A stretch of 64,000 bases of DNA from Marsupella aquatica (lineage: Eukaryota; Plantae; Marchantiophyta): positions 30,543,328 to 30,607,327 of the forward strand of contig OZ316892.1 of assembly GCA_973895155.1 (NCBI GenBank), read 5' to 3'. Of this stretch, positions 49,901 through 61,487 are shown piece by piece; the stretch's first letter is position 1, and every line of letters begins with the position of its first letter. Both the position numbers and the translations under genes were made by a program. A model generated the notes under the pieces. It was given only the letters and a program-made list of their open reading frames with translations. It did no database searches and was not told where the DNA came from.

Positions 49901-50262
49901 TTGAGTGTCGAAATTATAGGTGCGTGAAATCAAGCTGTTGGCTTGATATGTAGAAACCTCTTTTGACATGTTAGTTGAGTATTGTCCTTAGATCAAAAGA
50001 AGAGTTTGCATACAGTAGCTGCCTTGCTGTGAACATGGTACTGGAAGGGAACTCACATTGATGACAGGAGACGAAAATCAAGGGCATAAAGATCAAATGC
50101 GCGGATGGCGACCTCCACCAGCAGAAAACTTCAAGCAATGAGTCTTCGAGTTCATCGACTTGCAGGAAGCCTTTGGCCGAGACTGATGAATGTATTCAGA
50201 TCTTCGAATACATCCATGTCGAAGATTAGATAATTCAATTCTAGTAAAGTGGCCATGTTCTT
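43767..50262 (+). repeat. Third copy (C) of the PPR cassette, homologous to 2947-8575
   Basis: Identity starts at CTACAACAAGAAATG and ends at GGCCATGTTCTT. Flanks differ from A/B. Confidence 0.95.
46233..49703 (+). CDS. PLS-class PPR-E1-E2-DYW RNA editing factor copy C (7 P-L-S triplets, about 26 PPR motifs)
   Basis: Uninterrupted 1156-aa ORF with intact PG box, HSEKLA, CSDCH and DYW end. First in-frame ATG is at 46389. Candidate acceptor CTGACAG ends at 46199. Confidence 0.96.
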   Translation: MTRLALWVDGWSTPAWVKARANLVTHCRFPSNVSYCTRDRSQVTAKGIGSRHMHPGSTGQTIAMLKDRLQRGIAIDSYTYVKVLQMCLQQKDLPGAKQIHDCIIESGIHENPYVAITLLNVYIKCGGLSDARRVFDQIENKSVITWTSMIAGYARSDHAESALEIFNLMRQEGVKPNEITYLSILNACSSPLALNWGKEIHQGIRHAGFESDVRVGSALVLMYAKCGCITEARKVFEKLTNRNVITWNVMIGACAERGDGVEAYRLFLQMRRDGFEPNAITYTSILNASACDGGLAWVKHVHGHARKAGLESDLRVGSALVHMYAESGRIGDARLVFDRMEKRDIVTWNIMIGGLAQHGSGHEAYRLFLQMRREGFEPNAVTYVSILNASASAGSLEWVREVHGHASKVGLESDLRVGTALVHMYAKSGSIDDARLVFERMEKRDVMTWTVMIGGLAQHRSGHEAYRLFLQMRREGFEPNAVTYVSILNASASAGSLEWVREVHRHASKVGLESDLRVGTALVHMYVKSGIIDDARLVFERMEKRDVMTWTVMIGGLAQHGCGHEAYRMFLEMRRQGLEPNEITYVTILNASASAGALEWVKEVHGHASKAGLESDLRVGNALVHMYAKIGSVDDARLVFDRMEKRDVITWNVMMGGLAQHGSGHEAYRLFLQMRREGFEPDAFTYASILNASASAGALEWVKEVHGHASKAGLESDLRVGNALVHMYAKIGSVDDARLVFDRMEKRDVITWNVMMGGLAQHGSGHEAYRLFLQMRREGFEPDASTYASILNASASAGALEWVKEVHGHASKAGLESDLRVGSALVHMYAESGSIADARLVFNRMEKRDVVTWNIMIGGLAQHGYGQEALELFRQMNADHVKPTETSFTAVLSACSHGGLVDDGRRIFSAMTQDYGIERTVFHYTVMVDILGRAGHVEEAKQLISEMPIEPDDVTWTALLGACRTYGNVELGELAANELFKLEPGRASTYVLLSNIYAAAGKWEKVSSVRTMMQERGVRKEPGRSWIEVHNKIHEFVVGDTSHPEAEAIYTELNKLTEKLKAEGYIPDTQLVLHDINEEDKELALCSHSEKLAIAYGLMHLPWGEPIRVSKNIRVCSDCHTATKYISKVTGREIIARDANRFHHFKDGMCSCGDYW

Positions 50263-51119
50263 CTGCTTCAAAGGGAGTTGACAGTCTGGATTCGACCAAA
50301 ACGATATGAAGTTCCATCTGCATCTCAACTGTCTGAGCTTCTCAGATTCGCAAGATACGGTCGTGAAACTTGCTCGAAAGCTTGTTAGCTACTCTGGGGT
50401 TAGGGAAGGCGTAAGGGAATAATTCTCAAATGACGCGAGAATGGAATGATGCACTGTACAGTACTATCGTGAAGGATTATCGGACAAGGCAGGAAAGTGG
50501 ACTGTATTTGCAGTAGAAACTTTGCTACGTTGACCGCATGATTGAATCCGAAAGCTCATAGACCGTGCGCGTGAACGGAGAAGGGAGCATAGTTCTGCAA
50601 GGAATAGTGGAGTAGCATGCGTCTGTTGCTTCTGCTGGGCCCATGCCTACTTCAAGAAAATAGATTCATGTGTAGAAGGTCTTCAGAGAGAAGTAATAAA
50701 AATCAGAGCATTAGGTAAGTATTCAAATGCTTACTAAACTCCTGCTGTTACCATAGTAGCTGCGCTTAATCTGTTATCTCTTCTTTTTGGCTTGAACTTG
50801 CTTGGGTGAGATGTTGAAGACGTCTGGTGGAAAGACACCATTCTTCCTTTGAATTAATCCAAAAACAGTCAGGCAGCAATCAACCACTAAATTTAATGTT
50901 CTTGACACTGGAATGCCAATCTGGCAGTTGTTTTCCTCAATCCTCGGCTGTCAATTCAATGAGAAAACAGGAAATTTTGCTAGTGACACTGGAAATTGCT
51001 AGCGAGGCGGACCTGATTGGTCGGGAAATAACTCATGATGACCAATATCCGATTAATCTTTGACCTCCGTCTGAATAATTCTCATTGCAAATGTGGACCT
51101 CCTCCACATATTTAAAAGC

Positions 51120-53698
51120 TGTTGTAACCTAAGGTTAAGTCTACTCCAAATCATGGTGTAACCACTAACCTAAGGTAGTTACTACAACCACCTGAGTAAC
51201 TACCTCTATGTATATATGTTTCCCTACATGAATGAGAAGACTATTCTATGTAGTACTCAACACGTTATCAGCATGAGTAGGCTAGACATTTAATTTTTTC
51301 CTTTAGAAGTGAGAATTAGATGTGGAGGGGTCTCCTAACCAAATTATACACAGATCTCTGTAAATTTCTGTGGAAAATTGGCATGGGATTTGGATTGCAA
51401 ATTAGTCCATTTCCCACATATCCCACCAAACATTCACCGCCTAATGATATCGCCAACCAATTTCATCAATCTCCATAACTCTATTCAAGGATACAATCAA
51501 ACATCCGAGCAATCTCCCCGAGCACATCCAAGGCAGCCAATCCTCAAATCCGGACAGCGTTGAATGCTACTACAAACAGCTGAGCGAGAAATGTCTACCC
51601 AATAATAACTCCGGGACAAGGGAACGAGAAAGGTGCAGGCGCAAATTACAAAAGATAAGTGACTTTCCCATTTTACCGTATCTCATACAGTGATCATTCA
51701 ATTGACAATCACAAATTCCCCTCAATCTTTGGACACCCACAATGACCACAGATACTATCGAAAAACTCTACTAAGCGTTAAATATAGACGGATCCAACTA
51801 TCTATCTTGGTCTCTAGATATCGAAGAACACCTTGCCTCTAAAGATCTGCAAGACACCATTCTAGTGGATGCCGGTCCGACTTTGGAGCAGAAGGCTAAA
51901 GCCTTAATTCTAATTAGACATCACCTTGTAGACTCCCTAAAACACCAGTACATGAATGAATATACTCCCCGCATCCTCTGGGATGACTTACACTCAAGAT
52001 TTGACCACACGTGCACAATTTTTCTACCTGCAGCAGGGCCTGACTAGATTAATCTTAGAGTTCAAGACCACAAAACTATTGTCAATTACAACAACGGACT
52101 ATTCAGAATTGTTGCACAATTGGCCATCTGCATAACCAATGGGAGATAAGAGCAGATTGAGAAAACATTGTCCACATTCCACTCCACCAACCTAGTCCTA
52201 TCCACACAATAGAGGAACATGAACTTCCCTAAATATTCCGAGTTGATCGCACATATGCTGTTGGCTGAAAAACATCAACTATTACTACTACAGAACACAA
52301 AAACAAGACCCCCAGGCACACTCCCACCACAACCAAATATAGAAACACATTACAATGTATAAGAGACGGAAAACAGGACCTCATTTGGTGGGAGAGGGGG
52401 CAGTAGAGGGAGAGCGCCCCAAACGGGCTGAGGAAACAACTTCAGACGCGGTGGCAGAAGCAATACATACCAAGGAAGGGGTCGTGGAAGACCCAGGTTC
52501 AGCGGCAACAATTATCGGAATACCTAGAGAAGAGATAATAGCAACCCACAACGAACGAGAACTCAGGACAGACACAACCCCACAACAACAAGAGATAAAT
52601 TTGAAAACCCTCCAATTTGTTTTCAATGTGGAACGAAAGGACACTTACAGAAGAACTGTAGAGCCCCAGCACACCTGGCAGCATTATATAAACAAAGTTT
52701 ATTTAAGCACAACACAATTCGAAACCCACGGTGTCTTCCTCGAATTCACATAACATTACAAGAAATGCACCTCATAACACACCATCCCACACTACCAGAG
52801 TTGGATGACCCACACTCACGTATTGTCGACAGCGGAACCTCCCACTCCATCTTGAGGAATAGACAGTACTTTAGAGAAATAACACCTTCACAACGGAGGG
52901 TCACCGCCATACATAATGGGCCAACACCAAATCGAAGAAGGATATGGCCCAGCCACGATCATTTTACCTCGAGGCACAATTATCCAGATAAAATCAGCAA
53001 TCTACACACCAAGAGCAACGAGGAACCTCCTCAGTTTCAGAGACATTCGAGCCAACAGCCTACATATTCATACGAATATGATAAACACACAAGAAGTATT
53101 ACACGTTATTGTACTGACACCTAATGGGACAGAAACAAAAGAGACCCTCATGGTCTACCCCCTAGGTTTTTATATAACCAAAATACACTGCTTTCACACA
53201 GAATCACATACCAACCTGATTACAGAGATCTGGCATAGAAGATTGGGTCACCCGGGCCTCAACATGTTTCATAAAATCATTAAAAATTCCACGGGTACGT
53301 ATACCAAACCAGGTACACCCCACGTCAATGAAAGGCCCATGCCTAGCATGTTCCCAAGGCAAACTCACAATTAGGCCATCACCACCTACGACAGAAAATA
53401 GGATCCCCAACTTCTTCGAAAGGATCCACCCTGATGTATGTGGCCCAATCGATCCCCCAAGTGGACCATTTTGATTCTTCTTGGCCATTATAGATGCCTC
53501 ATCAAAATGGTCACAGGTTTCTCTCTTGTCAACACACAACCTAGTGTTTGTCAGCATCCTTGCACATATCATAAAATTAAAAGCCCAATTCCCAGACAAT
53601 CCAATAAAAAATCTCAGAGTTGACAATGCAGGAGAATTTACATCTAAAACCTTCGACAACTTCTGCACATCTGCAAGAATTGACACTCAATACCCGGT
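51120..53698 (+). mobile_element. 5' part of a degenerate Ty1/Copia element, Bianca-like lineage
   Basis: Short LTR about 51120-51262 followed by CGTTATCAGCA (Bianca-type PBS). Gag LNIDGSNYLSWSLDIEEHL, protease IVDSGTSHSILR, WHRRLGHPG, and integrase IIKLKAQFPDNPIKNLRVDNAGEFTS, cut off at about 53698. Confidence 0.85.
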
Positions 53699-53699
53699 T

Positions 53700-56600
53700 A
53701 GTGGTGGACCTTACCACCCAGCGCCCTCACCAATCCCAGCACCCACGCCTAACCCCTAGTTCCCGAACGCCTCCATGGAATACCTCGAGCAAGCACCCTA
53801 GTGCCCCTTGCACCACCAATGGCCCCTCCCATACAAAGCCGCACTTGCTCTCCAACGCGACCGCTACTCAACGGTTCTCACTGTCTGCAAAAGCAACCAA
53901 GCACCTTGGTAAGTAACCCTTCAGGATCTAGATCTCGCCAAGTCTAGCATCCTAACTCAAGTTCAATAGACATTGGTAAATAGGTCAGTGATAGGTCCTC
54001 CCGATGCCATAAATCGGAACTAGAACCCACGCCCATTGTTTGTCCAGAACAGCTCCTTCCTTGGGCGCGGCCCGGGTTCCCCCTCGTACCTATCCATCAC
54101 CAACTGACCGCCCTAACCCCAGGACATGCTCATGGCCCAAGTAGCGTACTTGTCCTAAAGCTTGTCCCAACACGTCGGGACCAGAATGGCCCCGCCTCTA
54201 GCAACCAACTCTTGCTTTGCCTAACTGATGGTCTAGGGACCAAGCACTCTTGGAACTCAACCTCCACACCTATTTGGCCTTGCCTCCCCAACGCAAGCTC
54301 CCTTGGGAGACTGAACGCGGCTTGGCTGCTGTTCGGCAGGATTTGGCAAGCGGGCGAGTTAACACCCGCAAACCCTGAGAACCCATGGTGCCCCAAGACC
54401 CAGCTGAGCTCAGGAGGGCATAGCCCTCCTTGAGATATTTCCAACGCACCCAAGAAGTCCTCCAATGGACTTCCCGTTGAGAAGATATTGTCATTTCCGT
54501 TTGGCGGTTTCCCTTAGTGTCGCAACCGCCGCGGCTCACGACTTCGGCTCGCCCTTAGCCCCCAGGGAGACACCACTCCCCTCATATATGCTTATGGAGA
54601 CCTGCCACCCTCGGACCAACTTTGGTCCCTAAACATTTGGCCCCCAACCCAGATCCTATCGCGCATAATTAATGGGCGCGCCACCAACTGGCAATGCCCA
54701 TAACTTTCTTGTTAGGCATCCGCAAGCGGAGTGCCTTAGCCCGTTGTGATTGGGCCAACCCAATGCTCATGCCTAGGCCCTCAGGTCTCATCTCTGCTTA
54801 GGGCCCCCAATTGGCCCAACCCAGATCGGGCCATAACTTGCGCCCCAAGCGTCCGTTGCCCATGGCGTCAACTCTATGGGCCTTGGGCCCAAGAGGAGCT
54901 CACACTCAAGCCCTCAGAACTCAAAGTCTATCCAGAGGTCCATACAGTCGTCCTTGAGCCTGGCCCATTTCCCCTTGACCCGACCAGCTCTCAACTAGTC
55001 CAAGTCCTTAGTGTGTGTCACCAGCTTGGCTCCTTGCCTTTGCTAGCGCCACATCTCGTTGCTCACAAGTCTCCCCATGCTAAGTCCTCCCCGGATGGCC
55101 TATCCAGGCCTGGACCATAAGGGAGCTCGACGTCGGAGTCAACGACGCCGGAGCTAAGGGTTAAGGTAGTTGAGTTCCACGACTTGCACCCCCCCTTAAA
55201 AATGGTCACGTCCGTGTGACCTCAGTAAACGTTCCAACATGCCTAGACCACTTTGGGCCTTAAAAAAAAATTATGAGGTAACAAATGGTTTGCCCATAAG
55301 GCTGATGCAAACCAGGTTGGTATGGGCATTCCAGACTTAGGAAATTCCAACCTATCCCGCTTATCCAAGTAGGATGCCAGTCCAATCGGGTAAGCTAACT
55401 CCAAACTCATCGGACCCATTGTTCTCCCCTTGGGGTACTCCCCTTTGGTTTGAACCAGCCCGCCCATAGATGTAAGGCGGGCACCATGTACTTCCACTCA
55501 CGAAAAACAAATCGGCCGCCCAACAACCTCTAGCACCAATGCAATCCAACTTTATCCTTAAGAGGCCAAGAGGAGTGAAACTAGGATACAACTCACAAAG
55601 GTAGCTACAGCTGCCTGTACTAGTTCTCAACGGTGGTAGGCCGCTTTGCTTACAATAACTTCCAAGGATCTCTGAGGCATTACCCAAATTTTCTTCCGGT
55701 TCCCAAGTACTCTCGGTCTGATCATAGCCAGCCCACTTCACCAAATACTCTAATGCCTTCCCATCTTGCATTTGTAACGGTGGTCCAGAATTGCCTCCAC
55801 CTCAAACTCCTCAGCATCCTCCACCAGCAAGGCGTCCAGACGCAAGACCTGATCCCGGTGGGATCATCGTCTTTGACAAACTTCTTGAGCCGGCTAACAT
55901 GGTAGCTTTTGCCCACGCCCATTTCCTTGGGTGTCTCCAACACCATCAAAACCCGATTATCCTTGTGGGCCCATCGTATGATACGATAGGGCCCTGCATA
56001 TTTGGGAGCCAGCTTCCTACTTATGTTCCCATGGTATTTCTCAGGTCTCAACTGCAACCAGACGCTCTTCCCAATTTCAAAGCTTACCTGGCGTTGATGT
56101 TTATCCTCTTGCTCCTTGTACCAACTTTGGGCAAGGGTCATACCCTTGATAGCCGCTTCCACAACTAGGCGCCGCTCTCAAATAAAATTTTCTGCAGAAG
56201 GAACCTCGCTTTCCGTCCGCCAAGCTTCTGGATTTATAAACCAGGAGGGCGCCCTCAGCGTCCTCCCTGTGGCCAACACAAACGGCACAAACCCCATTGC
56301 TGAATGCTTGGTTGAGTTATACCTAAACTCGACCATTGTTAAGTGCTTTGCCCAATCTTTTTGATTGGCCGTCACAAAGTGACGCAAGTAGTCCTCCACG
56401 ATACCATTCACTCGTTCTATTTGGCCATTTGTCTCATGATGATACGCTGATCCCCTAGTCAGGTTCGTTCCGGATAACCGGAACAACACCTTCCAGAAAT
56501 GGCCTGTGAACTTGGTATCGCGTTCGGATAGGATATGTAATGGCAATCCCCATTGTCGGAAGACATTGTCAAACCCTAGATCGGCAACCTCTCGGGCCAA

Positions 56601-57511
56601 AACTATTTTTGTAGTAGGCAAGAAATACGCCATCTTGGAAAAACAATCCACAATTGCTAAGATGGAGTTATTGCCGTGAGACTCAGGTAACCCAACAATG
56701 AAGTCCATGGAGATAGACTCCCATGGAACCGCAACTACCGGTAAGGGTTGCATAAGTCCTCCTTTTGCCCTATAGACCATTCGGTTTTTTTGGCACAAGT
56801 AACAACTTTGCACGTGGTGAAGGACCGATTGCTTCATGTCCGGCCAATACACATCTTGCAACATGCTGCGATATGTAGCGGCTTGTCCTCCATGCCCTCC
56901 CCAGGGCAAGTTGTGGTACTTTTGCAGAACCTCTAACCTTAGAGACTCTGGTATGTACACAAGCCTCTGCTTGTATTGCCATAATTAAACATTATGCGTT
57001 GTATCATATCCCAATGACACGTGCCTTACCTTGCCTTGGCTACCCCCATTGCTTTGCCATTCCTTAGCTAACCTGAGTGTCATCCCCATACGCTGCGGCC
57101 AGAACCTTTGGCCACTCGGATCCAAGCATCGTGATCCCATTGACACGATGATGGTCCCTACGCAATAACGCGTCAGTTGCTGTGTTTGTCTTCCCAGGAA
57201 CGTGATGGACTTTGAAATCAAAATCCGCCAAAAACATCTGCCAGCGCATTTCCTTGGGGTTCAGCCTTGGCTTAGAACTGAAGTACTCGGCCGACGAGCT
57301 ATTTGTGTGGATTACCACTTTGGGACCGTTCTTAAGGTAAATCTCCCACTTCTTCAACGCATAGATCATAACATACATTTCCCTTTCTAGTGTGATCCAA
57401 TGATTTTCCAACTTACATGACTCAAAGGCCACAGGACGCCCATCTTGGTGAAGACAGGCGCCAATGGCATAATCACTTGCGTCCGTCCAAATCTCAAACG
57501 GCTTCCCCATC
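53700..57511 (-). mobile_element. 3' half of a Ty3/Gypsy chromovirus: RNase H, integrase, chromodomain, PPT, probable 3' LTR (about 53700-55188)
   Basis: PFEIWTDASDYAIGACL, HNLPWGGHGG..CYLCQ, WESISMDFIVGLP, chromodomain EYLVKWAGYDQTESTWEPEENL. PPT AAGGGGGGG is followed by TG at 55188. The outer LTR end is approximate. Confidence 0.9.
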
Positions 57512-59538
57512 TCAGATAACTTTCCTTTAAACGTTTTTAGAATTTTTATAACTTTTGGGGGCCACGCAAACTCCATAGCTGGGGGGAAACAAACAGAAAA
57601 GCCACCACCATAACCAGCACTGCAGAGCACAGGCCAGCACCATCACACACAACTGCAATCTGCTTACCAACAGCACCCGTAGCATGTATTCCTACCAGCC
57701 ATCCAGCACAAGAGACCAGCCTAACTACCTTAACAAACTTATTCTACAACAATCCATCCACCTAGCCAGCCTACTAGCCCACCTTCAGTCATTCCTACAC
57801 TATCCTGATGTGATCCAGCAGTCCCTACGCCTCAACCAAGTGAGCCGCTCTACATTGATAATCTCTTTCTTATGAGGTGAATCACATATCAAACCTCCGG
57901 GCCCCGCCCAGCTTGAACATATGCTCATTTTGGCCCAACCAGATCATCCACAATATCTGGTATAAGACAATCATTTTAACTACCTTCCTATATTCCTTAC
58001 CCATCACAGAATTTATCATCCCAAACAACCCCCCAGAATAATCCGCAAATATGCCCTCAAAGCTTTGAGAACAAAGCTGCCAACAGCACTGTGCATGTTG
58101 ACAGGTCATGAACAAGTGTGAAATAGTCTCCAGTGTTCTAGGACACAGCTTGCACTTGCCATTTCCTTTACCAATTTTAACCGCCCTAACCCTCGTGAAG
58201 AGCCCCAATGCTACTACTCACCACATAAATGTCTTAGCCCTCATAGACAAGTCTGATCCCCACAGACCCGCCCACCTTGCCCTCCATTCGTCGCCCGTGC
58301 TAGCTATTCCCCATGTCCTATTTAAACTCTGTAAATCTCCCACCTCCTCTCTCAGCATCTGATTGATATGCTCTCTTATTAGATACTCTAAACATCCTGA
58401 GAGCAGTTGGGTTGTCAGCCCAACACCAGCTCTCCGGCCCAGGCTCCACCCCCCACTCACAGCAAGGGATGTCAGCTAACAGCTACATCCGAGTGTTAAG
58501 TGTTCCTCAAAGAAGCCGCATAGATGTAACCACCGTCCTGCCAGCCCTCGCCATCCATTCCTTTCACTTGACCATAAATCTTGCGTGCTCCTGATGCCCA
58601 GTCGTCCACAAAGGACTGTCACTGCTTCCCTGTCACCAGTGCTCCACGTTCCCTTTCAACATCGGAGCACATCACAAATCGACCATCTGCCAGGTATTCG
58701 CTCAGAGGGACAGAATATCAGATTGGTTCTCAGCAATTCCCAGGCATTCCAGAGATCCCTTGTATATGCCATTCTGTGGAGTGCCCCGAGACAGCCAAGT
58801 ACCATCTTGTCGCGGAAGGTATACCCATTCCTCCGCATCTCTTTATAGTTGGTCCATCCGATCCGATTCAGATTTTCAGCAAACATTCTAGCCCATTCTG
58901 TATCCGGGTAGTCCATTGCAGAGGTAAACCATTTTGATAGCAGCACATCCAAGTGACTGCGGAAATCCTTAAACCCCAGTCTGCCATCCAGCTTGGGACG
59001 TGAAAGACGTGCCCAGGAAACAAGCGGAACTTGCTTGCCCCCTTCCTTGTTATGACCCCATAAAAAATCCCTGCACAGTGCAGTCATTTTCCTAGCCAAA
59101 CCAGCAGACGCCTTTAGAAACATTGTATGATAAATGGGAATTGCTTGAAGTGTGTGCCTAATCAGAAGCGAACGTCCTGTAAAAGTAAGCATTTTTTCGA
59201 CCAAGAAGATAGCCTCTTCCTAATTTTATCCAGACAAAAGCTATGCAGTTGTTCCACCCCCAAAGGTGCACCCAGATATTTCTGTAACTCTCCTTTATTG
59301 CTAATCACACATCCAGTGGCTTGCAACCATGCTGGAATGCTCATCATTGCTAGCGGGATGACTATTGATTTACGCAGATTTAGTCTTGCCCCCGTGGCCA
59401 ATTCATAACACTGTAGCACTGTTGTTGCTTTCAAAAAACTCCTCTCCTTAGCCGGGATGAACATCCCCAAGTCGTCAGCAAAGAACCTATAGCATATCCT
59501 CAAGTCCGCTAAGACTTGAATGCCATCTAAACGCCCTG

Positions 59539-61487
59539 TGTGGAATGGCTCAAGGGAGGCTTGAGTAGGAAATGCGTCAGTTTTTTGCTTTCAAGGAGTA
59601 GTAATTACATAGTTTAGTGATTAGCGGAGTTGTTAGGTTTAAGGTAACTTAATAACTAGGGAAGTAGAGTAGGGAAATAAATTGAGGGAGAGGACATGTT
59701 TCTCTAAGAAGTATCAAGAGTTGAGTAAGTTATTTGGTAAGGGTGGAAAAAAGTTACGGTAGTCGGCAAGTCGGGCCGAAGGCATGACCGATACTTTTGA
59801 GTGATAAGTTTTGCTAAGACTCACCCTATGGGTTCTAGGTAGTCCCTAGACCACACATAAAAGTCACAAAGTCAAGTGGGGTCTTAACCTAGGAGTTGTA
59901 AGTATTTTGGCAAAACTTAAAGTTACCAAATAGCGGGTCTCGGGAAAAATAGCTGATGGGAAAAGGTAGGGGTTCCAAGTTGCAAAATAGGTTAAATATG
60001 GTCCACTCTATCCCTGAAAACTTGTGGGAGAACTTGGTTACCTTTGGTTACTTTTTGGGAGCATCTCAAAGTTGAGAAGAATTTTGGAAAACATAAGAAT
60101 TAACCCTCTTTACCTAATTTTAGAAAATTGGTTATAGGGTTTTGTTTAGATCTTAGTAAACCAGGACATAGCCCTATGTCAATAAAATCTATGGATCGAC
60201 TCAAAAGTCCTTTTTATGATTTATGGGTGATTTTTGGCGGTGGGTACAATATGGGCCAGGGAATTATAGTTTTTCCCAAATAACAAAATCCGACTAAGTG
60301 TAAAAACGCTTCGATGAGGCTACCACAAGGCAGGAATAAATCAAGCACAAGGGCGGCTAGGAGATGGTTGAATAGACCAGGCAATCACAAGGTGAAGGAG
60401 CTTGAGTGGGAGTGGTAGTTAGTTGGACTTTTGTTGTAGTGTGACTTTGGTAGTTAGTAGGACTTTGGTGATTGGACCTTGGTCCTTGGTGGGCTACTTT
60501 GGTCCTCTACCTTGGTCCTTGGTCCTTGGTGGGCTACTTTGGTCCTTGGTCCTTGGTGGGCTACCTTGGTCCTTGGTCCTTGGTGGGCTACTTTGGTCCT
60601 TGGTCCTTGGTGGGCTACCTTGGTGTGGTGTGGAAGGAGAATAGTATATAAGGAGGAAATTTTCATTTGTTAGGGACCGGGAGTCTCATCTCTTAAGTGG
60701 AATCTCTACCTTGTCAAGGTAGGGCTAAGCTTGAGAAGGGAGAGGTGGTCCATGCTTAGTGTGGAGAATGTGTAGTGAACTTTTGTTGTAAAGGTGATGC
60801 AATAAAAAGAGACTTGCCAATCTTCATTGTGACCATTAAGTGTGAGTGCATTTGAAGCATATGAGAGCAAGAGAAGAGTCCATGCTATGATGTAATCTTG
60901 GTCTAAGCTTGAAGGGGATGTGCTAGTACAAAACCAAGGCCAAGAGGCAAGGTTAAGGTAGAGCACTACTTTGAGACTTAGAGAGGATTATAGCTTGAGG
61001 ATGGAAAGTATTTTGCTTGGTGTGTGGTGTTAACAAGAAGTAAGAACAAGAGGAAGAGTCCTTAGATAGAGGAGCCTTCTCTAGAGCTCAAAGGGGATGT
61101 GTGGACCCAAACCAAGGCCAGGGGGGCAAGGTTGAGGGGTAACACTACTTTGAGGGTCTTGAGGAGACTTAAGCTTGAAGAGGAAAGTACTTTGGTTCTT
61201 GGGTGTTTGTGTGAGACTCTTCTCTAAGGTGACAGCTTGGAGCGGAGATCCCCCTTGCTGATCCTTGGGAGTAGAGGAGAGGGGAAGGGTGTGAGTACAA
61301 AAGTAGTCAAGGGGACTACCTCTCTAGAAGTGGAGAGTTGAAACTACTTATGTATGGAGTGATTAGTCATTGTAGGCACATTTCAGAAGTTTTGTCAATC
61401 CTTTGTGACCTTGGTATGATATGGAGCAGGTATTAGGTAGTCTTTTGGGGAGAAAAGCCGCTTAAGCTCCTTGACAAGTGTTTGACA
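59539..61487 (+). mobile_element. Solo LTR (about 1.95 kb) inserted in LINE RT
   Basis: TG...CA ends and 5-bp TSD CCCTG (59534-59538, 61488-61492). The LINE frame rejoins across it (MEAG|RLDGIQV). TATA-like TATATAAG near 60645. Confidence 0.9.
60474..60623 (+). repeat. 27-bp tandem repeat (about 5-6 units) just upstream of the solo-LTR TATA box
   Basis: Unit TTGGTCCTTGGTCCTTGGTGGGCTACY, which gives the spurious HQGPRTKVA repeat ORF. Confidence 0.9.

Noticed and set aside
60423-60673. Repeat-peptide ORFs (WSLVLGG / HQGPRTKVA)
   Set aside because: Translation of a 27-bp tandem repeat inside a solo LTR.
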